Source of the DNA: Podarcis vaucheri
Lineage: Eukaryota
NCBI GenBank assembly: GCA_965113315.1
Contig: OZ220363.1
Reading direction: 5' to 3' (one strand)
DNA length: 64,000 nt
The notes beneath the pieces are model-generated. The model saw only the letters and a list, made by a program, of their open reading frames with translations, was not told the origin of the DNA and made no database searches. Of the stretch, positions 1 to 12,832 are shown one piece after another (the first letter of the stretch is position 1; the number at the start of each line of letters is the position of its first letter). A program made the position numbers and the translations under genes.

Positions 1-542
1 GGCCTGTTCGGCTCCGGATGTAATTTATTGAATCCTAAAATTATCTGTATATGCTTGGAGTTACTATTTTTTATTGGGAGTGTGTATGTTACTCACCCTC
101 CAATTTAGGTTTAAGGATGGTGCTCAGAAGATGAAAATATTTTCTCCTGGGGGTTTCATAGACAGATATTCTTTTTTCACAGAGCTCTTGCATGCACATC
201 CCCAATGAATGTCAGAAGGGCATGTGATCCACATGATCCGCTGTGGTTGTGGATCACCATTCTGTGCTGAGATAATGGGAACTCCATGCCTATAACAAAG
301 GAACCCCTTGAGCCCACTAGCAATTGTGTTGGCATTGGCAATGCCTAGCCAATCCCCTCACTATCCAATTCCATATCAGGGGGTGAATGTTGGTATGTTT
401 TGTTTTCCTTTGTACTTTAGTAGTCTGTCTTTCTTACTTGAACCAACTAGTTGCACATCGCTGAAAAGTTCCTTATTGTAGAACCCTTTTTGACCTGCTT
501 TATCTAGACTTCATGGTACACTATGAGCCTGGAGATTTAGGC

Positions 543-685
543 CAGGGGTAGAGGAAACCTGTGGCCTTTCAGATATTGCTGGACTCCACCTTCCATCATT
601 CCTGACTCTTAGCCAGGCTGGCTGGGGCTGAGGATAAGAGCTGGAGTCCAACAACATCTGAAGGGCCACAGGGACCCCATCCCTT
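543..685. mobile_element. Palindromic hAT MITE, same family (further copies ~6027-6160, 14397-14510, 35480-35572, 54448-54582)
   Basis: Arms resemble CAGATGTTGCTGGACTCCAACTCCCATCA / TGATGGGAGTTGGAGTCCAGCAACATCTG. Confidence 0.7.
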
Positions 686-1946
686 TATAAAGACTGAAGT
701 GATAAGGGTGATAAATGCTGAGGATTATGCTTCATAGCCTGGTAGCTTAGGGTAGCTGTTGATGGACACAGGTGGTTCTGACGTCTGCCTCTGTAAAGCA
801 ACAACTGCTGCATCAGATCTTTCCTTCTCAAACTCCCACCTCTTCCTGACAGTCCTTTCCTCTCCATACTGTGTAGGCACCAAGTTGTATTATCCATGAT
901 GGAAGCAGGGCCCCCTCAACCTCCTTTGTCTGTTTGATTTTGTAGAAATGTGGAAAGTGTTTAGCAGAGTTCTGACTACTTACAGCTTTTGTGCTTAAAT
1001 GGTTTTTTAGATGCAGTTTAACTCAAAACAGAATGTTCACATGCAATCAAATATTGCATTGGGCAGAACAAGGATAGGTTGTTTTGGGGATAATCTGTCT
1101 ATATAGGGACCCAAGTATTAATAGAAACTGTTCCCAGCCTTTGAAAAATGCCAGCCCATTTGCAGAATTGTCTCCAACTAATTCACTGTCTCCAACTAAT
1201 GGATGTGCAATATAAATTTTCAGGCATGGAGAAACAGCAAGGCCTATTTTATGCATCTGTGCAGCACAGTCCCCACAATATCACCCTGGAATGTTCCTAA
1301 GCTTCACTGCCCATCTTCCATGTAGAACCCCATTCCATTTCCTTGTAAGGTTAGCAAAGGTTTCCATTCCTGGAGTCATTAGCATTCAAAGCACTTCATC
1401 CCATGTGCAAGGAAACATTAATGATAATGGATGGGTTGTGAAAATCTCAAAGGAGTCCTTGCTTCATCTTTGGTATTTATGGCTTCCCCCTGCTCGTCAC
1501 ACATTCTGTAGTTTCAGAAGGTGGAAGATGTGCAGAAAGGAGGGAACTGGGATTGCATTTGCTAATGCTGAGCCTTTCATTGTTGGCCAAAGTCCCTGCG
1601 TGGCAGCCACATGGAAAATACTCAGGTGAATTGAGCCAAGGCTTGGCTCATCTTCCAGTTGGGTTTGGTATTCAGAATTGTTCTTGCTCCTCTCTCCTCC
1701 CCCACTCCCCTTTTTCTCACAGCTGGAGAACTTCTACTTCATACCTCAAGGAGTTCTTCATTTTGAAAAAAATTGGAAGGAGAGAACAGGATTTCTTCTC
1801 TGCAGTAAGGCTATACCCATCCACCTTAGATCTAGGCTAGCATTGCCATAGCAGTATCATTGTTAGGGACGCTAACAGTGCATAGATTCAGGTTGCAGTT
1901 CTGTACACACTTTAGAGGAGGCAGGATAGAATTGCACCTGTCAGAA

Positions 1947-2308
1947 CAGGAGTGAGGAACCCTGTTCAGCCAGAGGGCCACATTCCCTTATGGGCAGCCT
2001 TTCAAGGGCCACATGCCAGGGGTGGGCAAAGCAGAGAAAAAAGTGGGCAGAAGAAAGAATGTGAATTTTATTTTTGTACATTAGGCTAATTTCTACTCAC
2101 ACTCACACACCCCTCTCTAACCTCCATCCAGACCAGTGAGAGGTGTCAAGGACAAATTCCAGCCAGGCCAAAACACTCAAGGAGGGTGTGAAGCCAGTGA
2201 GGGGTGTAGCCTGGGAAAAGGGGGGGCAGATGGGCAGAGCTCTGAGGGTTAAATAGAGAGGCCCAAAGGACTGTGTTTGTCCCATGGGCATGAGGTGACT
2301 CACCTGTG
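1947..2308. mobile_element. Degenerate non-autonomous hAT-like element (related copy ~58878-59277)
   Basis: CAGG-type terminus followed by GAGGGCCACATTCCC; a similar start occurs at 58878 and the complementary end near 59235-59275. Confidence 0.45.
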
Positions 2309-3698
2309 CATTTGGCTGTACATAACCCTGCAGAAACTAACTGCACAAGGATCTGCTCACCACTTTTGGCTGCAGAGGCCAGTGGCAGGAGAACAATGAC
2401 AATTAATTTCTTCCTAGGGATAGAAGCACTTTCCAGTTGCAGGAAATTTCACTTCAGGTAATCTCTCTCAAAGCCTCCATCCCCCGAAGTATTTGGTTGT
2501 TCTTGCTGCAATATGTTTTTGTTATCTGGCTGTAGACTACCCAGATGTGCTTTGGTGCAAAGTGGCAGGGTATAAATATTGAAATACACAAATTTTAAAC
2601 CATCAGTTGTGATACTTGTAATTCCCCAGGGCGATTCCATGAGCAGATGCCCATGCAAGTTCATGCTCAGGTTACCGAAAGTCTCAGTACTTTATTTTGC
2701 TTTGCTTACTTTCTTTCCATCTGGGACTTCCCTCCCTGTTCTCAACATCTCCTTTTTCCGTAACATGGGAGACGAGAGGGATAGGATGAGAGAAATGGTC
2801 AAGTTTTCTCTTCATACACTATAAGCAAGCACAAAGAGCAGGAAGTGCAAATCTACTACTGCTTCCTGTTGCACATTTATTAAGTAATGTCTGAAGTACT
2901 CCAGGATATACAGAGATACAAGCTGGGATGTAGGCAGATATTTGTTCAGTCTGCTTTTATCAGCTGTTGTAGCAGAGTGACGAAGGGCCAGGTGTGCAAT
3001 GTATTTGTATGCATCCTGTTAATTTAGGGGGGGGGGGGGTTGAGGAATACACAACCAAACCCTTTGGGAATTCTGCCTAGCTGGAGTTTTTGTCAGAAAG
3101 AAGGAAAAAAACATGGCCAGCACAGAGCAGTAGGTGGGTGTGGGACTGGAACGAAGGCAGAATATTCCTTATTTACAGATTTTCTTGCCATATTTGGCAA
3201 TGGAGCTGCATGCAGAGTTTCTGGCACAGCAGTAATAAGTGTGTGCCTAGTGGTCAGGAGAAGCTGGCATGAAGTTGAGGCAGTCAGAACAAGGCAGGAC
3301 AGATGGTAGCTTCATCGCCATAATGCTAACCCGAGAGACACAGACAGAGAGGGTTGAGCGGTTTTTCCAGACAATGATGGTTCAGTTCTCAGTGATGTGC
3401 AATATCTTCCTTTTCAAGGGGGTGGGGGTAGATAAATAAGAAAAAGACTCTAATTCCCTTCCTGACTGCCACAAGAAAAGTGTGCCAGTTGGTTGCTAGA
3501 GCAGCTTCCTTCTTTTGTAAAGTAGCTGGGGATGTTGTGTCGCAGTCTGGATTTGATCTTTTATTAACTGGATTAACAGATGTAGTAGGTAAGGAGCCAG
3601 CTACACAGCTGAAATGGCTGAGCTGTTGATCTTGGATGGTCATGTGAGCACATCTAAAGTTTACTCCCTTATCACCACCCCCCACCCGGCCTGCTGCC

Positions 3699-4299
3699 TG
3701 TCCTGCCACTTGCTGGATGAAGAACTTGACTTACGGTTTCTGCTGTGGCATGGGTTCAATGGCATAGCAGGTGGTATGCATGGCTAAGCAAGAGAAGATT
3801 GGGAGGGTTGGACTAGATGACTCTCTGGATCCCTCCCAACTCTACAATTTTATGATTTTACGTTGAGCCAGCCCCTGACCTTTTTAAAGAGTAGAGCAGG
3901 TACCACTTTAGTGCAGCAAGCAAGAGGCATCTTTGGACTGGGCGAGCAAACGGGCACGCCTTCAAGAGGCTAGCAATTGAGCAGTCTCTTTGTACCATCA
4001 TTTGGCACCTTCTCTGCGAGTGCAGACTCCTGGGCAGGGGGATGGTTCCTGCATGGAAGGGGACTGGTTGGAAGCATCTGATGACACGAGGGTGGGTACC
4101 TGCTCTGACAACCTGCCTGGTCCTTCCCTGGGATCCAACTCTGCACCTGTGGCTTCTTCCTTGGCTGATTCCAAGGTTTCAGATCCTGACCTGCTAGGAC
4201 CCTCCCCAAGGTCATTGGGCTTCAGGTCTTTGAGCTCATCTTCCCCTTCTGCCTGATCTGACCACCCCCTCCTGGAAAATCTCCACATGGCTTATGACA
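3699..4299 (-). mobile_element. Older solo LTR, interrupted by a CR1 tail
   Basis: Ends TGTC...GACA; flanks CTGCC/CTGTC (4 of 5 match); minus-strand E/S/G/P-rich ORF 3998-4288 similar in composition to that of the 33773 LTR. Confidence 0.6.
3801..3859 (+). mobile_element. CR1 LINE 3' end fragment
   Basis: GGGTTGGACTAGATGAC...CCCTCCCAACTCTACAATTTTATGATTT resembles the CR1 3' hairpin and (ATTCTATG)n tail. Confidence 0.7.
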
Positions 4300-6799
4300 C
4301 TGTCCTTCCCTGGTGTACAAGCACATTGGAAGGGCTGAAACTCTGAAAGCAGCTTGTCTTTACAATGTGCTTCTGCTGTCTCCATCCCCATCCCCGAATG
4401 AAGTAGCAGGATATGAGGGTGTGAGAAGGAACAGCCCACCTGAACCTGTGCTGTTTTTCCAAAGCAGAATTAGCATGTTTCTCTACTGATACTATAGCTG
4501 CAGCCAGAAACTGTGTCTGGTCATGTGTTGCCTTCTCTGGAAAATGTCAGGCTGCAGGTGGTGCGCTGCATGTATGCCAATCTTGTCTGGAACTAGAGTT
4601 TTGCAGAGTTCCTCATCCATCTAGTTCCAAATAGCACAAATCTAATCACTCCTCTTGGCAGTGGTTTTCCAATGTCTCACATAGAAACTTTCCCAACCCT
4701 GTGACCTAAGATTGCTAGAGATGATTAAACCTGGGTCTTTTTGCATGTGAAGTATGTGCTCTATTACTGATCCCATCATTTGTGCGACGATCATCTTTAC
4801 CATGAGTTATTTTGCCCACAAAGACAGTGACTAACATGTCAGCAGAGAAACCAGGCAATAGCAGAACTCACTGCATGAAGGGATTCCCCCAGTTCAAGTC
4901 TGTCTTTAAAACTATGAGAGAGGAGATACCCTTCCATCTTTTATTGCTAAAATGAAAGCTGGTATGTACAAAGGAGAATTTTAGCAGTGGATACCACTTC
5001 TAATATTCAGGTACATAAAACTCATATGAAATTTGTGGCAAAATCTCAATATTTTGCAAGTGAAAATCAAGCAAATGGAGATATTAGATCTTGCCACCAA
5101 TGAAAATTCAGGGCTTGTGTTTAGAGTTTGTATCCTTTCGGAAATGCGTTGCCTTTAAGCGTAAGTCACTGCTTTGTTTTCTTTCAGCTGAGCCAAATAT
5201 CTTGGTCCACTCTGCCACTGGCAAATTGCTTCAGTACCCTTGCAAATGCATTTGGGCCAAGCTGAGGCTGGTCACATGGATGGGGCAATGCCAATGACTT
5301 TTCCAAAGATAGACTCTCTGTTACAGATGCTACATTGTTTGGCCAGAGCTTTGCCCCCACCCCCTTGAATTCCTGCCTCAGTGCTTCCTAGATGAGATGG
5401 GATTCAGAGTGGGGGGAGAGGGGTCCAATTCTGCTCAAGTGCTTCATTAAGAGTCCCTTTGGCCTGGCAATAGCATAACTGGGATATGATGTCTAACTAG
5501 GAGTCTGAAAGATGGTGGTGGGGTTTGGGAGCACTACAAGAAACATGCATACATACACACCATACCAACCTAGGAAAGAGCCAGTTCAATTGCATTGTAG
5601 CTGCATAGAACAGAGGCTGGCACTTGTCCAGAAAAGTGCCCTTTTATTCATCCTCTGCACTGAGAAGATGGTTCCCAGTACAGCGGTATGGTATGTGCTC
5701 TGCAAAATCTCAGCACAGCCTAGTGCTGCTAAGCATCTGTAAAAGTTATTCTCCAGGGCAGAGTTCAGATTTCACAAGGGGTCTACCAAGAAGTTGCAAT
5801 ACTTAATCACAGATTCCAAGGGGCCAGCCATGTTAATTTGCTCTAGTATACTAAGAAGAGCTCTGTGGCACATAAATACTTAAGATTAAAATGGTGCACA
5901 GAATACTATATTGCAGAGCCCAGTGTGAAAGAGTTATCTAAACATTGCCTAACTCACAAGAGTAATCACATTTATTATTATTATAAAAACACACAGTAGA
6001 ACTCTCTTTCCATCAAACGTTGATGGCAGGGATAGACAATGTAGACCCCCAGATGTTTCTAGATTGTAACTCCCATCATTCTTGACCTTTGCAATGATAG
6101 CTGGTGCTGATGGGAGTTGGAGTCCAGCAATATCTGGAGGGCAGCACACTGGTTCCCCTGGTTTATGTCCAGGTTTTGGTTTAACCACGAACTACCATAG
6201 CCTTCATATGCAAATGCTACCAGGGACTGGGGGAGGCATCCAACCAAGTATCTCTGTTAATGCTAGGATTTATATTTTTGCAACCAAACTTCTCCCTCTC
6301 TTCCCCATGCCCCCTGGCCCTCCCCAAATCTGCTCCAGATGGTTGGGGGACACCCACCCACACCCCGAGCAGACTGGGGGCTGCAGAGAGTGGAAAGGAA
6401 GCTGCAGTTCCATTGTGCAGCCAGAAAATTTTGTGCTAATGGAACTACCTCCCCACATGTTCTATTTACTTTTTGTCACATAGTTATCTGTAATCTATCC
6501 CCATCCTAAAGGCTAGTGATGGTTAATGCTTCATTTAAACTCCAGGTGTTTATCTATTTTATCCTGTGGTAGCAAATCAACAGAGTGTTTTGTCACAGGG
6601 TGCCAAGAGTATCTGTTGTTGTTTTTTGCGGCATAAGCTAGAGTGCACATCTACACTTAAGTTTACAAAAGCTTATGACATAATAAAACCGAAATGGAAC
6701 TCCCTTTACAGTGGGAGGGATTTACACCGAAAAATAAGTTATCCGGTTTGTATTCAAACTTCAATCCAATACCATCTTGATCAACAGGTCCAATAGCAT

Positions 6800-6845
6800 C
6801 TCCTCCTCCTCCTCCTTCTCCTCCTCCTCCTCCTCCTCCTCCTCC
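6800..6845. repeat. (CCT)n microsatellite
   Basis: Directly visible; source of the poly-Gly spurious ORF. Confidence 0.95.
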
Positions 6846-7536
6846 GTGCAAATGTCTTTTCAGTTTGCTTTAAAGTGGCTCTAAGTGGTCATTAGGACAG
6901 CAAATTCAGTGAGGAGAAAAGGTATAATTGGCGGGATGGTGAACTGCAATCCCCAAAAGGTCTTCCTAAGAGGAATGCAAAGCTTTCTGCAGGTGCAGCC
7001 GTTTGGCAGGGATGCCAGAGCCCCCGCCCCTGTTTCTCTGAAATGCTGGATTAGCAGCATGAAGGATGTATCTCCGCTATCCCTGCGACAGGCTGCCAGA
7101 AGCAATCACTCCTGCTGCACTCTAATTACCCTGTGGCCTGGTGCCAGCAGACGTTCCTACCAGGAGAGCTTGTTGTGAGGCAGGCAGCAGCACAGCTTCT
7201 TGCTGCGTTTGTGTGTAGAAGGTAATTGTTTTTCTGTGCTGGGATCATAAAGTAAAATCAGGGTGAGGGTAAATCCATTTGGTTCTGTGCATGGCGGGAT
7301 TCCCGGCAACTCTTTAGCATGCATTTATCTCCAACCGTCTGTTGCACGCAGTGAAGCTCAAATAGCTAAGAATAATAGTGGGAACAACAACAACACCTTC
7401 ATAATTCAGGCCTGCCACCTCATGGAAAATCACTTTGGATTTTGAAATCTGCTGTTTGTAAGGGCATGCCTTGGTTTAATTAGTTCTGCTTTCTTCCTCT
7501 GAATTACAGTTTCATTAGTTCTGCCATTCACTGGAG

Positions 7537-7700
7537 AACTAGCACAGTGTAGTGGATGGTGTGTCAGACTAGAACGGGAGTGGCACAGGTTCAAATCCCC
7601 ACTCAGCCTTGAAGCTCGCTGAGTGATCTTGGGCTGGTTGTTATCTTCCAGCATGACCTACCTGGCAGGGATGCTGAGAAGGTAAAGCAGGAGGCAGAGA
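7537..7700 (+). mobile_element. Degenerate MIR/Squam3-like SINE
   Basis: tRNA-like head with B box GGTTCAAATCC followed by GTGATCTTGGGC core. Confidence 0.55.
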
Positions 7701-8343
7701 TTTCCTTGGAGGAATGACTGGATAAAATTGTAAACAGTAGATTCAAAAAACTCTGTCAAATGCCTGGGAGAATTCCAAGGGCTGGCCAAAAGGAGAAGAG
7801 AGTGGAATTGCCCAACAGTGAGGGAAGGCATTGTGGTTTGCAAGGGGGATTCTTAATGCTGATTAAACTGCAAGGTAGATGATCAGGAGACAAGGTTCCC
7901 TGCCTAGAATTTGCACAACTAGTTTTCTTGCGCAGTTAATTGGTTTCAGGAATCAGGGGTTTGGGGAATCCTCGTCACATTTTTGGTCTTTGTTCTCGGT
8001 TCCTTGAGTAAAGGGGAGATGACCTCCAGAGAACACTTCATCTAAGAAGGGCAGTCCAACTTTTCATACGGGCCACAAGAGTGCTTTGAAATGGAACTCA
8101 TAGACCTCGCACTGCCTTGTTGCACAGGGTGTGGGGAGCAAAGCTAAAATTTGACACACGCAGCCCAGCCCTCACACTTCCTTCCCAAGGCCTTGAGGGC
8201 TGATTGAAGATCTTAAAAGTACCAAATATTCATTTGATGTGCTGGCTGAGCCTGATGGGAGTTATAGCCCCAAACACCAGGATGGTAAATGATGCTCTGT
8301 TGGAACATGATCTGCACTAAATCTCTTGATTCAAAAGGATCAG

Positions 8344-8344
<1 letters not shown>

Positions 8345-8392
<48 letters not shown>

Positions 8393-8516
8393 TTATTATT
8401 TATACCCCGTCCATCTGGCTGGGTTTCCCCAGCCACTCTGGGCGGCTTCCAAAAGAATATTAAAATACTATGATACATCAAACATTAAAAGCTTCCCTAA
8501 ACAGGGCTGCCTTCAA
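8345..8516 (-). mobile_element. L2-like LINE 3' end with (AAT)n tail
   Basis: (AAT)n 8345-8392 followed by TTTATACCCCGTCCATCTGGCTGGGTTTCCCCAGCCACTCTGGGCGGC, recalled as a common lacertid LINE terminus. Confidence 0.6.
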
Positions 8517-8529
8517 GTTTACACAAATA

Positions 8530-8752
8530 CAGTGGTATCTCGGGTTAAGTACTTAATTCGTTCCAGAGGTCCGTTCTTATCCTGAAACTGTTCGTAACCT
8601 AAAGGACCACTTTAGCTAATGGGTCCTTCTGCCGCCGTGCTGCCGGAGCACGATTTCTGTTCTCATCCTGAAGCAAAATTCTTAACCCGAGGTACGATTT
8701 CTGGGTTAGCGGAGTCTGTAACCTGAAGCGTATGTAACCTGAGGTACCACTG
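8530..8752. mobile_element. Tc1/mariner (Tigger-like) MITE
   Basis: Terminal inverted repeats CAGTGGTATCTC / GAGGTACCACTG; TA on the left flank, CA on the right. Confidence 0.8.
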
Positions 8753-8912
8753 CATAGACATTCCCAGAATAAATAGGATAACGTGGGGGAAATGTAATTA
8801 AAATGAAGCATACATTTTTTCTTCGGTGTATAATTTACAGAGATTGTGGCTGGAGAACTCAGAGGCATTTATAGTGTACAATTCTAAATCTTCATGGACT
8901 CTTCAGGATGAG

Positions 8913-8922
8913 TTAAAAATAG
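8913..8922. promoter_or_regulatory. MEF2 consensus site
   Basis: TTAAAAATAG fits YTA(A/T)4TAR; motif only. Confidence 0.25.
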
Positions 8923-10554
8923 CCCCTTTCGTGTATTTTGGAAAGCATGTTTGATCCGTGTATCTGTGTGTATATATGTTGGTTGCTGTACACATGCTTG
9001 TGCTATAAACTAATACAGTAGCTGTCTGTTGTCGTCAGTGCATGTATATGTTACACGAGGCTCTTTGCCTTCAGATGTTTGCCATGCTTTCCCCACTAAG
9101 TCCATATTGTTATTTACAGCCCACTACGTCGGTCCCTCCCCATCTTTGGTATCATTTTTTTATTCACGGAGTTGAGTGCTTGGAGCCCTTGTAAATCATC
9201 TGCCTTCACACCAGGGAGCAGAGCAGTAAAGGGGGGCGGGATATATCTAGTTTGCCAGTGAGGTCACTGCGGGTTGTGGCGCAGAAAAGGCTCGCAGCAG
9301 CTGCTTGTGGCACAAGTGTCTTGTCTCTCTGGCTTGTTAATACCCACAGGGCTATAAATATTGGTTTTAGGCAGGATTTCAGATATTCCTGTCACCTTTG
9401 TGTCACAGTGTGGATCAGGGCATGCCTAAACCCCAAGCTCCCTCTGTGGTTAAGTTCCCTCCATCAGGCAGAAACCTATCACAACACCCCATGTTTGTAC
9501 CCTACGCATATTCCCAGGATCACCTTGTGTCTCTTGCCCTCTATGTTTAACATTTGTCGCATCTATACCTTTTGGACAAGACTTTGTTTGTAACAGATTA
9601 AATCCAGGCTTGCTGCAAGAGCCCCCATCCAGTGCAATTACTGTCATGGCCCCAGCCTTGAGCTCAGACCCAGAGGAGGGTAAGCTAGGGCTGCTGTTCC
9701 ACCAGCTGATAACTGGACCGGGATCTCGACACCGAACTTGTGGTTAATGGTCAACAGCTGGTAGAAGCCAAGCCTGGACTCTAGTGAGCATTTTGTTCCA
9801 TGCCCTGAATCAAATGCCTCCCGCTACACTGTACCTGCCCAGCAGGAGGCTACAGAAAGAAAAAAGTGCTAGTCTGCAGGCCTAGTGGGTGACCCATTAA
9901 GGATTCACAGTCTTCAGGGAAGCAGGTGGAGCTTAGGAGGGGTGCATGGGATGGACAGACTCACAAGGCCTCTGTTCACCTCCAGCCTTGTTGGAGCAAT
10001 TTGCTCATTTGATCTTTCTATGATGCTGTCTTGTCAATCCATCAATCCATCAGTACAATTATTAGGATATGCTTTGCAAGAATCCATCTGCAAGAACACC
10101 GATTGAAATTTACGAAAACTGGAAAGACAGAATGAAACGTTCATTAAATCTATTGTTCAGCTCTAAAATGTAGCATCACTTTATATGTTTACTTCGAGCA
10201 ATAAATTTAGAGAAGTAATCCAGATTAATATACAGATATTATAAGAAATGATTACGGACCTTTTGAAAGTTGTTGACTTCCACCAGGATTTAAATTTCAG
10301 AGATAAAGCAAAGGAGCCAAAAATGCCTTATTTTTTATATACTTTTTTTAGTAGGCATTTTCCAAGGATCAGCAGAAAAAATTGGTTCTGCAGAAGTGTA
10401 TAGGATATATCTTCTTGCTGTTTGGTTGGGGGGGGGGCTAGGGTCTGAGATACAGACTGTGTCATGCCTGCCATAAATAAGCCACACTGGGTATATCAAT
10501 ATTAGTTATTTAGAATGCGCCACAAATCTTCCACACACTAACTGCTGCCTAACT

Positions 10555-10799
10555 GGAACCAACTTGGTGTAATGGTTAAGAGCGGTGGACTCATAATCTG
10601 GTGAAACGGGTTCGCTTCCCCACTCCTCTGCTGGGTGACCTTGGGCCAGTCACACTTCTCTGTAGTCTCTCAGCCTCACTCACCTCACAGAGTGTTAGTT
10701 GTGAGGGAGGAAGGGAAAGGAGATTGTTAGCCACTTTGAGACTCCTTAAGGGGAGTGAAAGGCAGGATATCAAATCCAAACTCCTCTTCCTCTTCTTCT
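10555..10799 (+). mobile_element. tRNA-derived SINE (Squam3-like), second copy
   Basis: Aligns along its length with 23148-23400, with a short internal deletion. Confidence 0.85.
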
Positions 10800-10840
10800 G
10801 CTCACTGACCCATCAAGTGGTCACTAACTTGATATTTCAC

Positions 10841-10841
10841 T

Positions 10842-10872
<31 letters not shown>

Positions 10873-10873
10873 T
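10841..10873. repeat. (TTTA)n microsatellite
   Basis: Directly visible; probably a retroelement tail. Confidence 0.9.
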
Positions 10874-12181
10874 TTTATATCCTGCTAAGCATAGCCTAGT
10901 GGAACCTTCAGGTAGGCTAACAACATGTACAAAAGAATGTGACAGAGAAGGAATTCCCCATCACCATTCATAGGACAGGTAAGAGGAGAACCAACAAACT
11001 GAGATCACACCAGCTCCCAACTTGGCAAGGTGACCCAGAAGGATACCATGGCTCATGGTACAAAAAGCAGCAGAGCAGTCCAAGGAAGTCAGCAGATTCA
11101 TACTTCCTCCACAATAGAGATCAAAACAAGGCCCAAAGCCAGATCAATACGAAACACAATGACCAGTATCAAACAGCACTCCCTGGAAATTAGTTATCAC
11201 TCCCATCTGACCATCTTGCTTGAGAATAGTATATTAGAAACTGGCCCCTAATTATTTTGCAACAGAAGGATAAAATGTGGGTACAGCATGTATTTGCTGA
11301 TGGTCAGGCTAAGTCCCTGGTAAGAACCCCTTTCACATTCATTCCCAAACTATCCTTAATTTAATAAGCTCTATGGACTTGAAAATTCATCTCAGTCTCT
11401 TCTGCTACAGAGACAGTAAATAAATCTGGGCCTATCCATGCAGGGCCAATAGAAATAGATCTCCCAGAGTGAGTTTATTTAAGGGACTGTATCTGTAAGG
11501 CACCATATTTATCCTGTTTGTCCAGGGTTTTGTGGCTGCCTCTTAAATAGCATTTAGGGTCGGAGAAGAGCAGCAGCGAATGTAACCAAGCTACTGTGGG
11601 TTCCTAAATCATCCTGGGATACTGAGAAAGAGAAATGATCAGGGGGCATTTGTGTGGGAAGGATGTGAATTTGAATATCAACAGACTGTCCTTGGCAGCC
11701 ACTTCCGTCTGTGTATTTGTGGCCACCCTGTGTTGTTGTGATGGCTGGCCATCTTGGGAAAGTGATGAGATCCTGATGTGCCTGTAGCATTTAAGGGCCA
11801 GTTGTGGTGGGGGGACGAGAGAGAATTGTACTTGCTACTCATTTTCACATGTCACTTTCTTGAAATATTGCAAATATAGAGCAGCAGTACTTCCTAGCAT
11901 TTGGTTTGGGCCATAGGTCTGCTGAGCATGGATCTACAGAACAAAGAGAATGTACTATTTAATACAGCCAAAGATGGCATTTATTTTCTACATTCAAATG
12001 AAGCTTTAAAGAGGGATAATGAAGTGGCATTCTCTACCTTCATAAGTGGTTTCTGCTGTGAAATTAACACAATGTGGATTTTTTTGAAGTAGAGCTCCAT
12101 TTTCCTCAATATGTTCTTCTTTCATATCATCCTGTGAGTTGCTTTCAGTGACAGGGAAGTGGCTCTCCTGATTCTCTAAAT

Positions 12182-12314
12182 CAGGCATAGGGAACCTTTG
12201 ACTCACCAGGTGTTGCTGAACTACAACTCCCACCATCCCTGGCCATGCTTGCTGGGGCTGATGGGAGTTGTAGTTCAGCAACATCTGGAGGACCAAAGGT
12301 CCCCCACACCCCTG
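12182..12314. mobile_element. Palindromic hAT MITE, same family
   Basis: CAGG...CCTG ends, 8-bp flanks CTCTAAAT / CTGTAAAT, internal ACTACAACTCCCA / TGGGAGTTGTAGT arms. Confidence 0.8.
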
Positions 12315-12451
12315 CTGTAAATGGTTTCCTGAAGCCCTTTGAAAGGACTATGAGCTGTTGGGATAACTAGTTTTTCACCCACGCCCCATTCAACAACTGC
12401 CAGGCCTTTACCTTTGGTTTCCCCACCTGCCTATTACTGCTGACAGACATA

Positions 12452-12832
12452 TAAAGATAAAGGGTCCCCTGACAGTTAAGTCCAGTCGTGAACAACTCTG
12501 GGGTTGCAGCCCTCATCTCACTTTACAGGCCGAGGGAGCCAGCGTTTGTACGCTCCGCAGACAGTTTTCCTGGGTCCTGTGGCCAGCATGACTAAGCCAC
12601 TTCTGGTGCAACAGAACACTGACACCGGAACAGCGCACGGAAATGCCGTTTACCTTCCCACCAGAGCGGTACCTGTTAATCTACTTGCACTTTTTGGTGT
12701 GCTTTCAAACTGCTAGGTTGGCAGGAGCTGGGACTGAGCCACTGGAGCTCACCCCATCGCAGGGATTTGAACCGCTGACCTTTTGATTGGCAAGCCCAAG
12801 CGGCTCAGTGGTTTAGACCACAACGCCACCCG
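12452..12832 (-). mobile_element. Sauria SINE (Squam1), near full length
   Basis: Minus-strand A box (TGGCGTTGTGG) and B box (GGTTCAAATCC); body GGAAATGCCGTTTACCTTCCC...GGTACCT typical of Sauria SINE; degenerate (ACCTTT)-type tail. Confidence 0.88.

Noticed and set aside
8289-8585. Poly-Ile, poly-Tyr (56843-57049) and poly-Gly (6663-6851) ORFs
   Set aside because: Translations of (AAT)n and (CCT)n microsatellites.
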